55,782 nucleotides of DNA from Gammaproteobacteria bacterium (GTDB lineage: Bacteria; Pseudomonadota; Gammaproteobacteria; Natronospirales; REEB76): positions 1 through 55,782 of the forward strand of contig JAGWLP010000001.1 of assembly GCA_028864905.1 (NCBI GenBank). Direction: 5' to 3'. Below, one piece after another: positions 8,605 through 19,088 of this stretch. The translations under genes and the position numbers were made by a program. The stretch's first letter is position 1. Every line of letters starts with the position of its first letter. A model generated the notes under the pieces. It saw only the letters and a list, made by a program, of their open reading frames with translations. It did no database searches and was not told where the DNA came from.

Positions 8605-9912
8605 TCACCTGTCCATACTGCGGCGCATGACGAGTGCGTAAAAGCCGTCAGTCCCGTGACGCTGCGGCAACAGCTGCAAGGCGCCCTCGGGCGTAACCGC
8701 ATCCGGAATTGCGACGCCCTGCCGCACCAGAATTTCCCCAGCGTGAACCGGCTTGAAGTCCGGATGTTCCGCCAGGAACAATGCCGTGACCGCGGCGTTT
8801 TCCTCAGCCAGCAGACTGCAGGTGGCATAGACGAGCCGGCCGCCGGGTTTCACCAGCGCGGACGCGGCTTCCAGAATGCTACGCTGCGTGCGCTGCAGCC
8901 CGACAATATCAATGTTCTTCCACTTGACGTCGGGGTTGCGCCGTAGCGTGCCGGTTCCTGAGCAGGGAGCGTCCACCAGCACCGCGTCCGCGGTTCCCGC
9001 CAGCCGCTTCAGCACGGGATCGTGTTCGCCGCGCAGCACGTGACGCTGGACGTTATCCACCCCCGCGCGGTTCAAGCGCGGCCGGAAACGATCCAGGCGT
9101 TTGCGCGACACGTCGAAAGCCTGCACCACGCCAGTGTTGCGCATCTGGGCAGCGAGCTGCAGCGTCTTGCCGCCTGCGCCCGCGCAGAAATCCACGATCT
9201 TTTCTCCGGGCTTGGCCTCCACCAGCAGGCCGATGAGTTGGCTGCCCTCGTCCTGCACTTCATACAGGCCCAGGCCGAAAGCGCGCGTATTGAACAAGGC
9301 TGCACGCTGCGCGCGCCGCAGACCCAGCGGCGAATACGGCGTTGGCGCAAGCTCAAAGCCCTCGTCCTTGAGTTGGGCCTGCAGATTTTCACGCGTGATC
9401 TTGAGCAAGTTGACGCGCAAATCCACGGGCGCGGGCTGGCTGAGCGCATCGGCAAGCTGCAGGGTTTCGTCTGCACCGAGCTGGCGTACCAGACTTTGCG
9501 CCATCCAGTCCGGCAGGTTGGCACGTACCGCGAGCGGAAACTCGAACAGGTCCAGCGCACGGATACGCTCCACCAACGCCACGGCTCCGCCATTGAAGCC
9601 CGCATCGGTCAGCGCACGCGCACTCCAGCCGCCATATTTCAACAACCAGGTGGCAACCAGCCAGCGCGCGCGCTCGTCGTCCGCTTCCGGTCTGTGCACG
9701 GGCTCGTACAGCGCTTCCAGCTCGCGCTTGCGACGCAGACACCCGTAAACGGTTTCCGCCGCGAAGCCGCGGTCGGTGGACCCCATCTTGCGGCGCTCGT
9801 GGAAATAGCGGCCGATCTCCGCGTCGGCCGGATACACAAAGCGCAGCAGCAGGGTCAGAAGCTCGGCGGCCTGTTTGAACCGTGCGCTGGCGATACCGTT
9901 GCGTCTGTCCAC
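8605..9912 (-). CDS. rRNA (cytosine-C5)-methyltransferase, RsmB/RsmF (NOL1/NOP2/Sun) family
   Basis: 435 aa, GTG start. SAM motif DFCAGAGGKT. Catalytic motifs VLVDAPCSGTGTLRRNPDVKW and LVYATCSL. Confidence 0.85.
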   Translation of the reverse strand: MDRRNGIASARFKQAAELLTLLLRFVYPADAEIGRYFHERRKMGSTDRGFAAETVYGCLRRKRELEALYEPVHRPEADDERARWLVATWLLKYGGWSARALTDAGFNGGAVALVERIRALDLFEFPLAVRANLPDWMAQSLVRQLGADETLQLADALSQPAPVDLRVNLLKITRENLQAQLKDEGFELAPTPYSPLGLRRAQRAALFNTRAFGLGLYEVQDEGSQLIGLLVEAKPGEKIVDFCAGAGGKTLQLAAQMRNTGVVQAFDVSRKRLDRFRPRLNRAGVDNVQRHVLRGEHDPVLKRLAGTADAVLVDAPCSGTGTLRRNPDVKWKNIDIVGLQRTQRSILEAASALVKPGGRLVYATCSLLAEENAAVTALFLAEHPDFKPVHAGEILVRQGVAIPDAVTPEGALQLLPQRHGTDGFYALVMRRSMDR

Positions 9913-9942
9913 GACGAGTGCTCAAGCGCCCGCTGGACGCAC

Positions 9943-11469
9943 TTACTCCGGACGCATGAGCGGGAACAGGATCACGTCGCGGATCGAGGCAGCATCGGTG
10001 AACAGCATCACCAGCCGGTCTATGCCGATGCCTTCGCCGGCGGTGGGCGGCATGCCGTATTCCAGCGCGCGCACGTAATCGGCGTCGTAATACATGGCTT
10101 CCTCGTCGCCCGCAGCCTTCCGGCCGGCCTGTTGGCGGAAACGCTCGGCCTGATCCTCGGGATCGTTCAATTCCGAGAAGCCGTTGGCGATTTCGCGCCC
10201 GCCCACGTAGAACTCGAAGCGGTCCACGAGAAAGGGATCGCCGTCCTTGCGGCGCGACAACGGCGAAACTTCCAGCGGATAATCAATGATGAACGTGGGC
10301 TGCTTGAGCCTGGGTTCCACGGTGTTTTCGAAAATCTCGAATTGCAGTTTGCCCGCACCGTCGCCGGGTTTCACCGGCAGCTTGAGTTTTTCGCACACTC
10401 CGCGCAGATAGGAAAGCTCGCGCAGCCGGGTGCGCTCCAGGTGATTGGCCTCGGCAATCGCCTGCTCGAGCGGCAGGCGCCGGAACGCGGGACCGAAATC
10501 ATGGGCTTCGCCCTGGTAGGTGACCTGCGTGCCATGGCCCAGGGTCTGCGCCAGACTGCGCATCAGGTTTTCGGTCAGATCCATGAGATCGGAGTACGTG
10601 GCATAGGCCTGATAGAACTCCAGCATGGTGAACTCGGGATTGTGGCGCGTGGACACGCCTTCGTTGCGGAAATTGCGGTTGATCTCGTACACGCGCTCCA
10701 GTCCGCCCACCACCAGGCGCTTGAGGTACAGCTCCGGCGCGATGCGCAGGTACAGGTCCATGTCGAGCGCGTTGTGATGCGTCATGAACGGCCGGGCGGT
10801 GGCGCCGCCCGGAATCGGCTGCATCATTGGGGTTTCCACTTCCACGAATCCGAGTGTATTCATGAAATCGCGCAGGTGCTGCACGATGCGCGTGCGCGTC
10901 TGGAACACCCGTGTGGAATCCGGATTCATGACCAGATCCAGATAGCGCTGGCGGTAGCGGATTTCAGTGTCCGCCAGGCCGTGGAACTTCTCGGGCAGCG
11001 GCCGCAACGATTTTGTCAGCAGCCGCAGCTGCTGCACGCGCACCGACAACTCGCCGGTCTTGGTCTTGAACAACACGCCCTCGGCGCCCAGGATGTCGCC
11101 GATATCAAATGTCTTGAACTCGCCGTAAGTAGCAGGTCCTTTTCTTGTATTTTTTATTGCAGGCATAAAGATGGGGCGATCAAGTGCATCCTCCTGCAGG
11201 AAAAGCTGGAGGCGGCCGGTGCTATCCTGGATATGCACAAAGCTGGCCTTGCCCATGACGCGCTTGGCCATCATACGGCCAGCAACTTTGACACGCACCT
11301 GTTCTTTTTCCAGCGCCTCGGGGCTGTGCTTGCCGTACACAGCATGCAGTTCCTCGGCCAGCGCGTCGCGCCGGAAGTCGTTGGGAAACGCATGCCCGTC
11401 GGCGCGCAGTTTCGCGAGCTTCGCGCGCCGCTCGCGGATCAGGCTGTTGTCATCTTGATTATCGACCAT
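9943..11469 (-). CDS. lysS: Lysine--tRNA ligase (class II)
   Basis: 508 aa. Collinear with E. coli LysS: [82 protein letters not shown]. Downstream of prfB, as in the classic prfB-lysS operon. Confidence 0.97.
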   Translation of the reverse strand: MVDNQDDNSLIRERRAKLAKLRADGHAFPNDFRRDALAEELHAVYGKHSPEALEKEQVRVKVAGRMMAKRVMGKASFVHIQDSTGRLQLFLQEDALDRPIFMPAIKNTRKGPATYGEFKTFDIGDILGAEGVLFKTKTGELSVRVQQLRLLTKSLRPLPEKFHGLADTEIRYRQRYLDLVMNPDSTRVFQTRTRIVQHLRDFMNTLGFVEVETPMMQPIPGGATARPFMTHHNALDMDLYLRIAPELYLKRLVVGGLERVYEINRNFRNEGVSTRHNPEFTMLEFYQAYATYSDLMDLTENLMRSLAQTLGHGTQVTYQGEAHDFGPAFRRLPLEQAIAEANHLERTRLRELSYLRGVCEKLKLPVKPGDGAGKLQFEIFENTVEPRLKQPTFIIDYPLEVSPLSRRKDGDPFLVDRFEFYVGGREIANGFSELNDPEDQAERFRQQAGRKAAGDEEAMYYDADYVRALEYGMPPTAGEGIGIDRLVMLFTDAASIRDVILFPLMRPE

Positions 11470-11495
11470 TGACCGCTTCCTTCATTTTTTCTTGA

Positions 11496-11554
11496 TAGGA
11501 GCGGCCCCCCTGGCCGCGATCCCAGGTATCTCGCGGCTGAAAGCCGCTCCTGCA
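11496..11554. repeat. Pair of inverted REP-like palindromic units in the prfB-lysS spacer
   Basis: Unit 1 is TAGGAGCGGCCCCCCTGGCCGCGAT (11496-11520). The inverted unit 2 is ATCTCGCGGCTGAAAGCCGCTCCTGCA (11528-11554). Each unit is a hairpin, and AGGAGCGGC...GCCGCTCCT also pair with each other. Resembles the GTAGGAGCGGC..GCCGCGA REP class of pseudomonads and xanthomonads. Confidence 0.6.
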
Positions 11555-11563
11555 ACTTACACA

Positions 11564-12662
11564 TTACAGGCCCTTTTTCAAGGACGCTTCGATGAAATCG
11601 TCCAGAGCGCCGTCCAGCACCGCCTGAGTGTCGCCTTTCTCCACCCCGGTGCGCAAATCCTTGATGCGCGACTGGTCGAGCACGTAAGAACGGATCTGGC
11701 TGCCCCAGCCGATGTCCGCCTTGCTGTCCTCGAGTTTTTGCTGGTCGGCGCGGCGCTTCTGCATCTCCAGCTCGTACAGTTTGGCCTTGAGCTGTTTCAT
11801 CGCGGTGGAGCGGTTCTTGTGCTGCGAACGCTCGTTCTGGCAGGCCACTACGATACCGGTCGGAATGTGCGTGATGCGGATGGCCGAGTCGGTCTTGTTG
11901 ACGTGCTGGCCGCCCGCGCCGCTCGAGCGGTAAGTGTCCACCTTCAGATCCGCCGGGTTGATTTCGATCTCGATGTCGTCGTCCACTTCCGGCGACACGA
12001 ACACCGCAGCGAACGAGGTGTGCCGGCGGTTGCCGGAATCGAACGGCGACTTGCGCACCAGCCGGTGCACACCGGCCTCGGTGCGCAGCCAGCCGAAGGC
12101 ATACGGCCCCTCGAAACGCAGCGTGGCGCTTTTGATGCCCGCCACTTCACCGGCCGAGATTTCCACCAGCTCGGTCTTGAAACCGCGGCGCTCGCCCCAG
12201 CGCAGATACATGCGCAACAGCATGTTGGCCCAATCCTGGGCCTCGGTGCCGCCGGAACCGGACTGGATATCGAGGAACGCGTTGTGCGCGTCCATTTCGC
12301 CGGAGAACATGCGGCGGAACTCCAGGTCCGCCACCCGCTGCTCGACGCGCTGCACGTCGTGCGTCAGGCTCGCGGCGGAGGCCGCATCGCCCTCCTCCGC
12401 CAACAATCCCAGCAGCTCATCCGAATCCTCAAGCTCGCGCGTCAGCCGGTCGAGGCCGGTCACGGTTTCCTCAAGGCGCGCGCGCTCGCGTCCCAGTTCC
12501 TGGGCGCGCTCCGGCTGGTTCCAGACTCCGGGAGTTTCCAGTTCCCGGCTTACTTCCTGCAGACGCTCGCGCTTGGCGTCGTAGTCAAAGATACCCCCGG
12601 AGAGCCTGCACGCGGCTCGTGAGGTCGCTGATCTTGCTGCGCAGGGGATTGATTTCTTCCAC
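11564..12662 (-). CDS. prfB: Peptide chain release factor 2 (requires programmed +1 frameshift at 12585-12590)
   Basis: Frame 0 from GTG 12662 reads [25 protein letters not shown], then TGA (12587..12585). The +1 frame continues [17 protein letters not shown]... to 11564, with the SPF and GGQ ([23 protein letters not shown]) motifs. The 371-aa track ORF is the +1 frame with a spurious N-terminus. Confidence 0.95.
12584..12599 (-). other. Programmed +1 ribosomal frameshift site of prfB
   Basis: The minus strand reads CGG GGG TAT CTT TGA C. This is the canonical RF2 autoregulatory site (internal SD-like GGGGG, slippery CTT, in-frame TGA followed by C), nearly identical to E. coli AGG GGG TAT CTT TGA C. 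Confidence 0.9.
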
Positions 12663-12689
12663 GGCGGTGTTCCGGTCAAACAAAGGGCG

Positions 12690-14438
12690 CTATGGTACTA
12701 CAGGCTCGATGTACTCCACGAGCAACTGCAACCGGGTTTCACCGTGCCAGGCATTCACCTCCGGCCGGTAAACCACGCGTGCCTGCGGGCAATCCGGCGG
12801 CAAGTGCTCACCCACCGGATGGAACGCGATGGCATCGACGTGTGCGTGGCTGCGCGGCTCCGCCAGCGTGAGCTTCACGTGGCCGTTACCCACGATGCGC
12901 CGCTCCAGTATCTGGAACACGCCGTCGAAACTCGGCTCGGGAAACGCCTGGCCCCAGGGCCCGGCTGTGCGCAGCAGCACCGCGCATTCCAGCGTCAGGT
13001 ATTCGGGCTCCAGCTCGCCATCGGTGTACAGCACGCCGTTCAGGTCGGCGGTCTTCAGCCAGCCGCGCACTTCGACATCAAAGGCCCGCGCAAATTCCTC
13101 ATAGTGCTGCGCCGCGAGGCTGAGCCCGGCTGCCATCGCATGGCCGCCAAATTTCGCAATCAGCCCGGGATGACGCGTGTCCACCGCTTCCAGCACATCG
13201 CGGATGTGCACGCCCGCCACGGAGCGTGCCGAGCCCTTGAGCTGGCCATCCTCCGCACGCGCAAACGCGATTACCGGGCGGTGCATGCGATCCTTGATGC
13301 GCGCGGCCACCAGACCGATCACGCCCTGGTGCCACTCCGCATTGAACAGGCACAGGCCGAAGGGCAGCGTCGCATCGTCCGTGCTCAGGCTCATCTGCTC
13401 GAGTGCGTGCAGCGCCTCCTCACGCATCTGCGCTTCGATGGCGCGCCGCTCGCGATTGAGTGCATCGAGCTTTGCGGCGAGCTCGCGCGCGCGTGACTCG
13501 TCCTCGGCCAGCAGGCATTCGATGCCCAGCGACATGTCGGTCAGCCGACCGGCGGCATTCAGGCGCGGCGCTACCGCGAATCCCAGATCTGCCGCCGTGA
13601 CTTGCTGCAATTCGCGCTGCGCGGTGCGCAGCAGGGCCTGGATTCCCGGCACGCATTGTCCGGCGCGGATGCGGGCCAGACCCTGAGCCACAAGCACGCG
13701 GTTGTTGTGATCCAGCGGCACCAGGTCGGCGACCGTGCCGAGCGCCACGATATCGAGGAGCTCCGCGAGGTTCGGTTCCGGGATGGCCCGCTGCGTGAAC
13801 CAGCCGGATTCCCGCAGGTGGGCGCGCAAGGCCAGCAGCAGATAGAACGTCACGCCCACGCCCGCCAGGCATTTGCTCGGAAAGCCGTCGTCCGGCAGAT
13901 TCGGATTGAGAATCGCATCGGCGTCCGGCAGGGTGGCGCCGGGCAAGTGATGATCGGTCACCAGCACGTGTATGCCGGCCGCGCGTGCGGCCGCCACCCC
14001 CACGTGACTGGAAATGCCATTATCCACGGTGACTATGAGATGCGGATTCCGCGTTGCAGCGAGCGCCACGATTTCCGGCGTGAGGCCATAACCATACTCG
14101 AAACGGTTGGGCACCAGATAATCCACGTGCCGGGCGCCCAGCATGCGCAGCGCACGCACGCCCAGCGCCGAACTGGTGGCGCCATCGGCATCGAAGTCGC
14201 CGACAATCAGAATCTTCAGGTCGTGTCCCAGGCACTTGGCCAGCAGCGCGACTGCGGCGCGCATCCCGTGAAATCCGCGGAAATCGTGCAGGGCGCTGAG
14301 CGCGTGATCCAGATCCGCCGCCGTCAACGCTCCGCGCGCCGCATAAATGCGCCGCAGCAGCGGATGCAGCGTATGCGGCAGGGACACGTCCGCCGCCGGT
14401 ACGCGACGCTCAATGCGCCGGTGAGTCATCCGCTCCAC
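12690..14438 (-). CDS. recJ: Single-stranded-DNA-specific exonuclease RecJ
   Basis: 582 aa. DHH motifs [29 protein letters not shown]1 GGHAMAAG. N-terminus [13 protein letters not shown] matches E. coli LPPLLRRLYASRG. Start is GTG 14438 or ATG 14429. Confidence 0.95.
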   Translation of the reverse strand: MERMTHRRIERRVPAADVSLPHTLHPLLRRIYAARGALTAADLDHALSALHDFRGFHGMRAAVALLAKCLGHDLKILIVGDFDADGATSSALGVRALRMLGARHVDYLVPNRFEYGYGLTPEIVALAATRNPHLIVTVDNGISSHVGVAAARAAGIHVLVTDHHLPGATLPDADAILNPNLPDDGFPSKCLAGVGVTFYLLLALRAHLRESGWFTQRAIPEPNLAELLDIVALGTVADLVPLDHNNRVLVAQGLARIRAGQCVPGIQALLRTAQRELQQVTAADLGFAVAPRLNAAGRLTDMSLGIECLLAEDESRARELAAKLDALNRERRAIEAQMREEALHALEQMSLSTDDATLPFGLCLFNAEWHQGVIGLVAARIKDRMHRPVIAFARAEDGQLKGSARSVAGVHIRDVLEAVDTRHPGLIAKFGGHAMAAGLSLAAQHYEEFARAFDVEVRGWLKTADLNGVLYTDGELEPEYLTLECAVLLRTAGPWGQAFPEPSFDGVFQILERRIVGNGHVKLTLAEPRSHAHVDAIAFHPVGEHLPPDCPQARVVYRPEVNAWHGETRLQLLVEYIEPVVP

Positions 14439-15399
14439 GCAATTGTTCCACCAGCGCCCGGGCGCGCCGCCAGAAATGACGTGCGGGGAGCGGCGTCAAC
14501 TCGTACACGGAATTGCCGCCGGGATAGAAGCGGATTTCACGCACCCGACCACGCAGCAAGGTGCGCCACAGTGGGACCATAAGCTCCCGCTCCAGGCGCG
14601 TCAGATCTGCGCCGAAGTCATACGCGCTCAAGGCCACGAGCCACTCGCCTTTTACTGCCTGGGCATCAAGATCCGCAGGCCAGGGTTCACTGGTCTGTCC
14701 TGCAAGCTGCGCCAGGCCCCGCACCAGAGGCAAGCTCGCGATAATGCGCGCGGGCGCGCGGGCGGCCCGATCGGGTAGCGGGCCGCCACCCCAAATCCAC
14801 ACGCTGTTGATGGTCGGCTGGCCAGCGGCTTCGCGCGCCTGATTCACGGGATGCGTGTGCAACAGCATCTGGATTTCGGTCATGAGTTTGCGCACTGGCT
14901 CCGCCGCGGCACCCGAGGGCATGAACTCGGTGATCGCCCAGTCTTCCACCCGTGCCGGATCCCAAGTGCGGCAGTGCCAGGCCTGCGGCGTCCGCAGGTG
15001 CCACGCATCCGGTCGTGGTGTCTCGAGCGCCATGTGGTCGTCCGCATAACATGCGTTGATACTGGCAGCCAAGGCGCGCGCTTCCTCCGGCGTTACGCCC
15101 AGCGTGTGGTGTGGCAGCATCACCACCTGGTCGCGATCCACCAGCAGGTGCACCGGATCCGCACGCCACCAGTGCCCGGGGTTGCGGGCACCTGCAAGTC
15201 CCAGCCATTCGAGCGCGGCCACCGGAAATTCCTGCGGCGGCATCCCGAAACACTCCGCGAGTACCACTGATCCGTCCGCCACCGGCCGGCGGGTGGCGCG
15301 CGCCAGGAATTTCTCCATGACCGGGAAACGCCCATCGCCGGCCACGCGGACCGCGGCTACCAAATCGGGAAGATAGAGGATGAGGCGTGAATCTCGCAT
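14410..15399 (-). CDS. Conserved hypothetical protein, RpfE-type regulatory-protein family (function unknown)
   Basis: 329-aa ORF with genome-typical codon usage, overlapping the recJ start by 20-29 nt. Contains the SVWIWGGG motif I associate with proteins annotated 'regulatory protein, RpfE type'. The recJ/prfB/lysS linkage mirrors the Xanthomonas rpf region. Family assignment is from memory, not from a search. Confidence 0.5.
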   Translation of the reverse strand: MRDSRLILYLPDLVAAVRVAGDGRFPVMEKFLARATRRPVADGSVVLAECFGMPPQEFPVAALEWLGLAGARNPGHWWRADPVHLLVDRDQVVMLPHHTLGVTPEEARALAASINACYADDHMALETPRPDAWHLRTPQAWHCRTWDPARVEDWAITEFMPSGAAAEPVRKLMTEIQMLLHTHPVNQAREAAGQPTINSVWIWGGGPLPDRAARAPARIIASLPLVRGLAQLAGQTSEPWPADLDAQAVKGEWLVALSAYDFGADLTRLERELMVPLWRTLLRGRVREIRFYPGGNSVYELTPLPARHFWRRARALVEQLRGADDSPAH

Positions 15400-15441
15400 A
15401 CGCGCTTGTGCGCATTATGCCGTTCCCCTAACCTATTGGCG

Positions 15442-15813
15442 ATGAAATTCACGCTTGACAGCACCGCGAGCACCCATGTCATCCGTGCCTATGCGCCGGG
15501 ACGCATCAACGTCAATGACCGGCTGCTGAGCGCCAGCTTCGTGATTTCATCCGCGACGCTGGTCGAGAATTGGGCGCCGCAGCGCGCCGCGGACATCAGT
15601 CTCGAGACTCTCGAAGTGGCGCTGGCGCTGGAACCGGAAATCCTGGTGATCGGCACCGGCGCCCAGCTGTATTTTCTGGATGCGCGCCTCGCGGCTGAAA
15701 TCCAGCGCCGCGGCATCGGCCTGGAAGTGCTGGACACCGCCGCGGCCTGCCGCACCTACAACGTGCTTGTCAGTGAAAACCGCAAAGTCGCGGCCGCCTT
15801 ATTGATGATTTGA
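15442..15813 (+). CDS. Mth938-like (DUF498 / NDUFAF3-like) domain protein
   Basis: 123 aa from MKFTLDS. EILVIGTGAQLYFLDARLAAEIQRRGIGLEVLDTAAACRTYNVLVSENRKVAAALL matches the family core (GTG...GI..E.M.T.AACRTYN.L..E.R.V). Confidence 0.8.
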   Translation: MKFTLDSTASTHVIRAYAPGRINVNDRLLSASFVISSATLVENWAPQRAADISLETLEVALALEPEILVIGTGAQLYFLDARLAAEIQRRGIGLEVLDTAAACRTYNVLVSENRKVAAALLMI

Positions 15814-15847
15814 CCGGCTCTGCGGCCTGGCTGGCCCGGTAGCGCGG

Positions 15848-16867
15848 TTATTCAAACAGGGATTCTTCCGACAAGCCCTCGGCCTGCAGCAGTTGACGCA
15901 GGCGTTTCAAGGCATCCATCTGGATCTGGCGCACGCGCTCGCGCGTGACGCCGATGGCCTCGCCGACTTCTTCCAGCGTGCCCTTGTCGTGGCCGTTCAG
16001 GCCGAAGCGCAACTCCACGACTTCGCGTTGCTTCTCGTTGAGACGTGCCAGCCACCGTCCCACGATGATTTGCAGATCGGTGTCCTGCACGAGGTTCGAG
16101 GGATCGGTGTTGTTCTCGTCGGGAATGGCGTCCAGCAGCATGCGGTCGCCGTCCTTGCCGATGGGCGTGTCCACCGAGGCGATATGCTCGTTCAGGCCCA
16201 ACAGGCGCTTCACGTCGGCCAGCGGCTTGTCCAGCATGCCGGCGATCTCCTCGGGTGAAGGTGTGCGGTCCAGCGATTGCGAAAGTTTGCGTGCGGCCCG
16301 CAGGTAAAGATTGAGTTCCTTGATGACGTGGATGGGCAGGCGGATGGTGCGCGTCTGGTTCATGATGCCGCGCTCGATGGTCTGGCGTATCCACCAGGTG
16401 GCGTAGGTGGAAAACCGGAAGCCGCGCTCGGGATCGAATTTTTCCACCGCATGAATCAGGCCGAGATTGCCTTCTTCGATCAGGTCCAGCAGCGGCAGGC
16501 CGCGATTGATGTACTTGCGCGCGATTTTCACCACCAGGCGCAGATTGCTTTCAATCATGCGGCGGCGCGCGGCTTCGTCGCCGCGCAGCGCACGGCGTGC
16601 GTAATACACCTCTTCCTCGGCGGTAAGCAGCGCCGAGTAGCCGATTTCGGAAAGGTAGATGCGCGTCGCATCGAGCTGGTCCTCGCCGAACTGCGGCTCG
16701 GGTTCGGCGGGATCCGCGCGCAAGGCCGTGGCCACCTCACCGGCCAGCGGCGCGGCCTGTTGCTCGTCGTCCAGCAGATTGTCGCCGTCCGGCGATTCCT
16801 CAGCCGCGGCATCGGGAAGCATTTCCTCTTCCGGTTCCGACATGTGGTCGTGCTCGCGGTCGGTCAT
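15848..16867 (-). CDS. rpoS: RNA polymerase sigma factor RpoS (sigma-38)
   Basis: 339 aa from MTDREHD. Acidic N-terminus. Region 2 [55 protein letters not shown]. Region 4 [28 protein letters not shown]. Directly downstream of nlpD-pcm. Confidence 0.93.
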   Translation of the reverse strand: MTDREHDHMSEPEEEMLPDAAAEESPDGDNLLDDEQQAAPLAGEVATALRADPAEPEPQFGEDQLDATRIYLSEIGYSALLTAEEEVYYARRALRGDEAARRRMIESNLRLVVKIARKYINRGLPLLDLIEEGNLGLIHAVEKFDPERGFRFSTYATWWIRQTIERGIMNQTRTIRLPIHVIKELNLYLRAARKLSQSLDRTPSPEEIAGMLDKPLADVKRLLGLNEHIASVDTPIGKDGDRMLLDAIPDENNTDPSNLVQDTDLQIIVGRWLARLNEKQREVVELRFGLNGHDKGTLEEVGEAIGVTRERVRQIQMDALKRLRQLLQAEGLSEESLFE

Positions 16868-16916
16868 GATGTCGGAAACGCTCTCGGGACGGCGCAGGAG
16901 GTTAATCTTGCCAACG

Positions 16917-17678
16917 TTATGGCGTATTGCGCAAGTGTGCACGCGCCGGAAGGTAATCGAGTGGATTCACCGGTTTGCCGTCGTAGCGGATCTCGAAATG
17001 CAGCAGCGGATGGCCGTTGCGATCCAGCCCCATGGTAGCGATACGTTCGCCGGACCGCACCGCATCGCCCTCGCGCACCAGCATGCTGTCATTGTCGGCG
17101 TAGGCGCTGAGAAATCGCTCGCTGTTCTTGATGATGATGAGTTTGCCGTAACCGATGATGCCGCTGCCGGTGTACACCACTTTCCCGGGTGCGGCGGCAT
17201 ACACCGGCTGGCCCTGCGCACCGCTGATATCAATGCCTTTGGACAGCGGATCGCCTGCGTGGAAGAGCCGCACTACCGCACCGCTGGTGGGCCAGGCCCA
17301 GTTCATAGGGCCGGAAGGCGGCGCGTGATCACCGGCTGCTGTTGTAGCCGTGCTCGGTGCAGTGGTACGTACTGGGGGGCGCGTAATGACAACATGCGCC
17401 GGGGCAGACAGCACCAGTGTCTGGCCGGGCTTTATGAGGTAACTGGATCCGATGCCGTTCCAGGCCGCCACATCGTGATAATCCAGGCCGTAACGCCACG
17501 CGATGGAATACAGCGTGTCGCCGGGTTGCACTACGTACCTGCCGGGAATCGGCTCCACGGCGGCGCTCGCCTGCGCCGGCGCGGACGTGCTGTAAGGATT
17601 CCAGGTGAGAGCGCCGGCACACCCGGCCAGCGCGCCGGCGCACATGGCGATCAGCAGGCCGCGCAGCGCGCGGCTCAT
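16917..17678 (-). CDS. nlpD: Murein hydrolase activator lipoprotein NlpD (LysM + M23 domains)
   Basis: 253 aa from [20 protein letters not shown] (lipobox LAGC). Lys[31 protein letters not shown]23 C-domain [22 protein letters not shown]...[21 protein letters not shown] overlap with the pcm stop. Confidence 0.9.
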   Translation of the reverse strand: MSRALRGLLIAMCAGALAGCAGALTWNPYSTSAPAQASAAVEPIPGRYVVQPGDTLYSIAWRYGLDYHDVAAWNGIGSSYLIKPGQTLVLSAPAHVVITRPPVRTTAPSTATTAAGDHAPPSGPMNWAWPTSGAVVRLFHAGDPLSKGIDISGAQGQPVYAAAPGKVVYTGSGIIGYGKLIIIKNSERFLSAYADNDSMLVREGDAVRSGERIATMGLDRNGHPLLHFEIRYDGKPVNPLDYLPARAHLRNTP

Positions 17679-18340
17679 TCCGTGCCTTCCAGGAGCGGCA
17701 CGAAACTCACGCGGTCCAGGCTCTTGCGCGTGTAATTGCGCCCGTCCGTGCGCGTCACCAGCAGCAAATCCTGTCCGCCTGCCCCGCCCACGGGGATCAC
17801 CATGCGCCCGCCGACCGCCAGTTGTTCCCGCAGCGTGGCCGGTACTTCTTCCGGCGCCGCGGTAACCAGGATGCCGTCGTAGGGCGCGTGTTGCGGCCAA
17901 CCCCAGTTGCCGTCAGCGTGCTTGAAGCGCACGTTACGGATTTTCAGGTCATTGAGCGTGCGGCGCGCGCGCTGCTGCAGCGCCGCGAGCCGCTCGACCG
18001 TGAACACCTGCGGCACGAGCCTGGCCAGAATCAAGGTCTGATAACCGCAGCCGGTGCCGACCTCCAGGACTTTCTCCGGCACGCCATCCTCGAGCAGCGC
18101 CTCGGTCATGCGCGCCACGATAAAGGGCTGGGAAATGGTCTGGCCCAGACCGATGGGCAAGGCGGTGTCTTCATACGCACGGCTGGCCAGCGCTTCATCC
18201 ACGAACAGATGCCGCGGCGCGGAACGGATGGCATTGAGCACCGCCGGATTGCGGATGCCCTGCTCCTTGAGGCGCTGCATGAGCCGGTCGCGGGTGCGCG
18301 CCGATGTCATGCCGATGCCGCGCACGCCGGCTACCATCAT
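17675..18340 (-). CDS. pcm: Protein-L-isoaspartate O-methyltransferase
   Basis: 221 aa. [41 protein letters not shown] motif [18 protein letters not shown]. The true start may be the internal [10 protein letters not shown] (ATG 18310). Confidence 0.92.
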   Translation of the reverse strand: MMVAGVRGIGMTSARTRDRLMQRLKEQGIRNPAVLNAIRSAPRHLFVDEALASRAYEDTALPIGLGQTISQPFIVARMTEALLEDGVPEKVLEVGTGCGYQTLILARLVPQVFTVERLAALQQRARRTLNDLKIRNVRFKHADGNWGWPQHAPYDGILVTAAPEEVPATLREQLAVGGRMVIPVGGAGGQDLLLVTRTDGRNYTRKSLDRVSFVPLLEGTE

Positions 18341-18506
18341 GCGTGCGGCACACCGCCGTGGGGCACGGCGTCGGGCAGACAGCGCAGTCCTTTGGCGTGA
18401 CCGCTGTTGCTATTTCTCCGCAGGATACGCACGCGATATTCCGCCGTTGCAACTGCAGCTCCTAGGATACTGTAAAACCGCGCTTGATATACTGTGACCG
18501 GAGTGG

Positions 18507-19058
18507 ATGGTGGCGCGCATGACAAGCCTGAACAAAATCAGCCACGAAGAAGTTCGCGAGTTTCGCGCGGCGGTTGCCGACGCCATACCGCTGCCACCCA
18601 AACCCGTGCGCCGCACACCCAAGCCAAAGCCGCACGCACGTTTCACGCGCGCCGCGGTGCACGAAATCCTCGTGGAGAGCCTGAGCGGCCTGCCGGATCC
18701 CTCCGAACCGCTGATTGGCGACGGACTGTTCTATGCCAAGCCCGGTGTCCAGGATCGTGTGCTGCGCAAGTTGCGCCGCGGGCATTTCAGCGTGGGCGCG
18801 GAACTGGACCTGCACGGCCTGCGCAGCGAGGATGCGCGCCTGGCACTGGCGGAATTCCTGCAGCAGGCGCGCGGCGGGCGCGTGCGCTGCGTATGCATCA
18901 TTCACGGCAAAGGCTACCGATCAGGGCCGCGCGGACCGGTACTCAAGCAGAAACTCAACGGCTGGCTCAGGCAACATGACGGGGTCATGGCCTTCTGCTC
19001 GGCGCGGCCCGCGGACGGCGGCACCGGCGCGGTCTATGTATTATTGAGCGGCCGCTGA
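18507..19058 (+). CDS. smrB: Smr-domain ribosome-rescue endonuclease SmrB-like protein
   Basis: 183 aa, the same length as E. coli SmrB. KLRRGHFSVGAELDLHGLRSEDARLALAEFL...CVCIIHGKG...GVMAFCSARPADGGTGAVYVLL parallels KLRRGDYSPELFLDLHGL...CACVMHGHG...HVMAFHQAP..GGDAALLVLI. Confidence 0.85.
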   Translation: MVARMTSLNKISHEEVREFRAAVADAIPLPPKPVRRTPKPKPHARFTRAAVHEILVESLSGLPDPSEPLIGDGLFYAKPGVQDRVLRKLRRGHFSVGAELDLHGLRSEDARLALAEFLQQARGGRVRCVCIIHGKGYRSGPRGPVLKQKLNGWLRQHDGVMAFCSARPADGGTGAVYVLLSGR

Positions 19059-19088
19059 TATTTTATTACCCGAGGAACCTGTCTCTTG

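Noticed and set aside
9022-11472. Very long plus-strand ORF (816 aa) spanning the rsmB-like/lysS region. Similar giants occur at 29743-33150 (1135 aa), 26395-27900, 42730-43713, 43440-44543, 49688-50713 and 50717-51949.
   Set aside because: All are antisense to genes with unmistakable conserved products. Their translations are Arg/Ala/Gly/His-rich low-complexity sequences typical of stop-poor antisense frames in ~65% GC DNA. None shows any domain signature.
18462-18496. Direct repeat ATACTGT...ATACTGT upstream of smrB as a LexA/SOS box.
   Set aside because: The two CTGT elements are direct, not inverted (no CTGT-N8-ACAG), and the spacing does not fit known LexA sites. More likely chance, or overlap with a -10-like TATACT.
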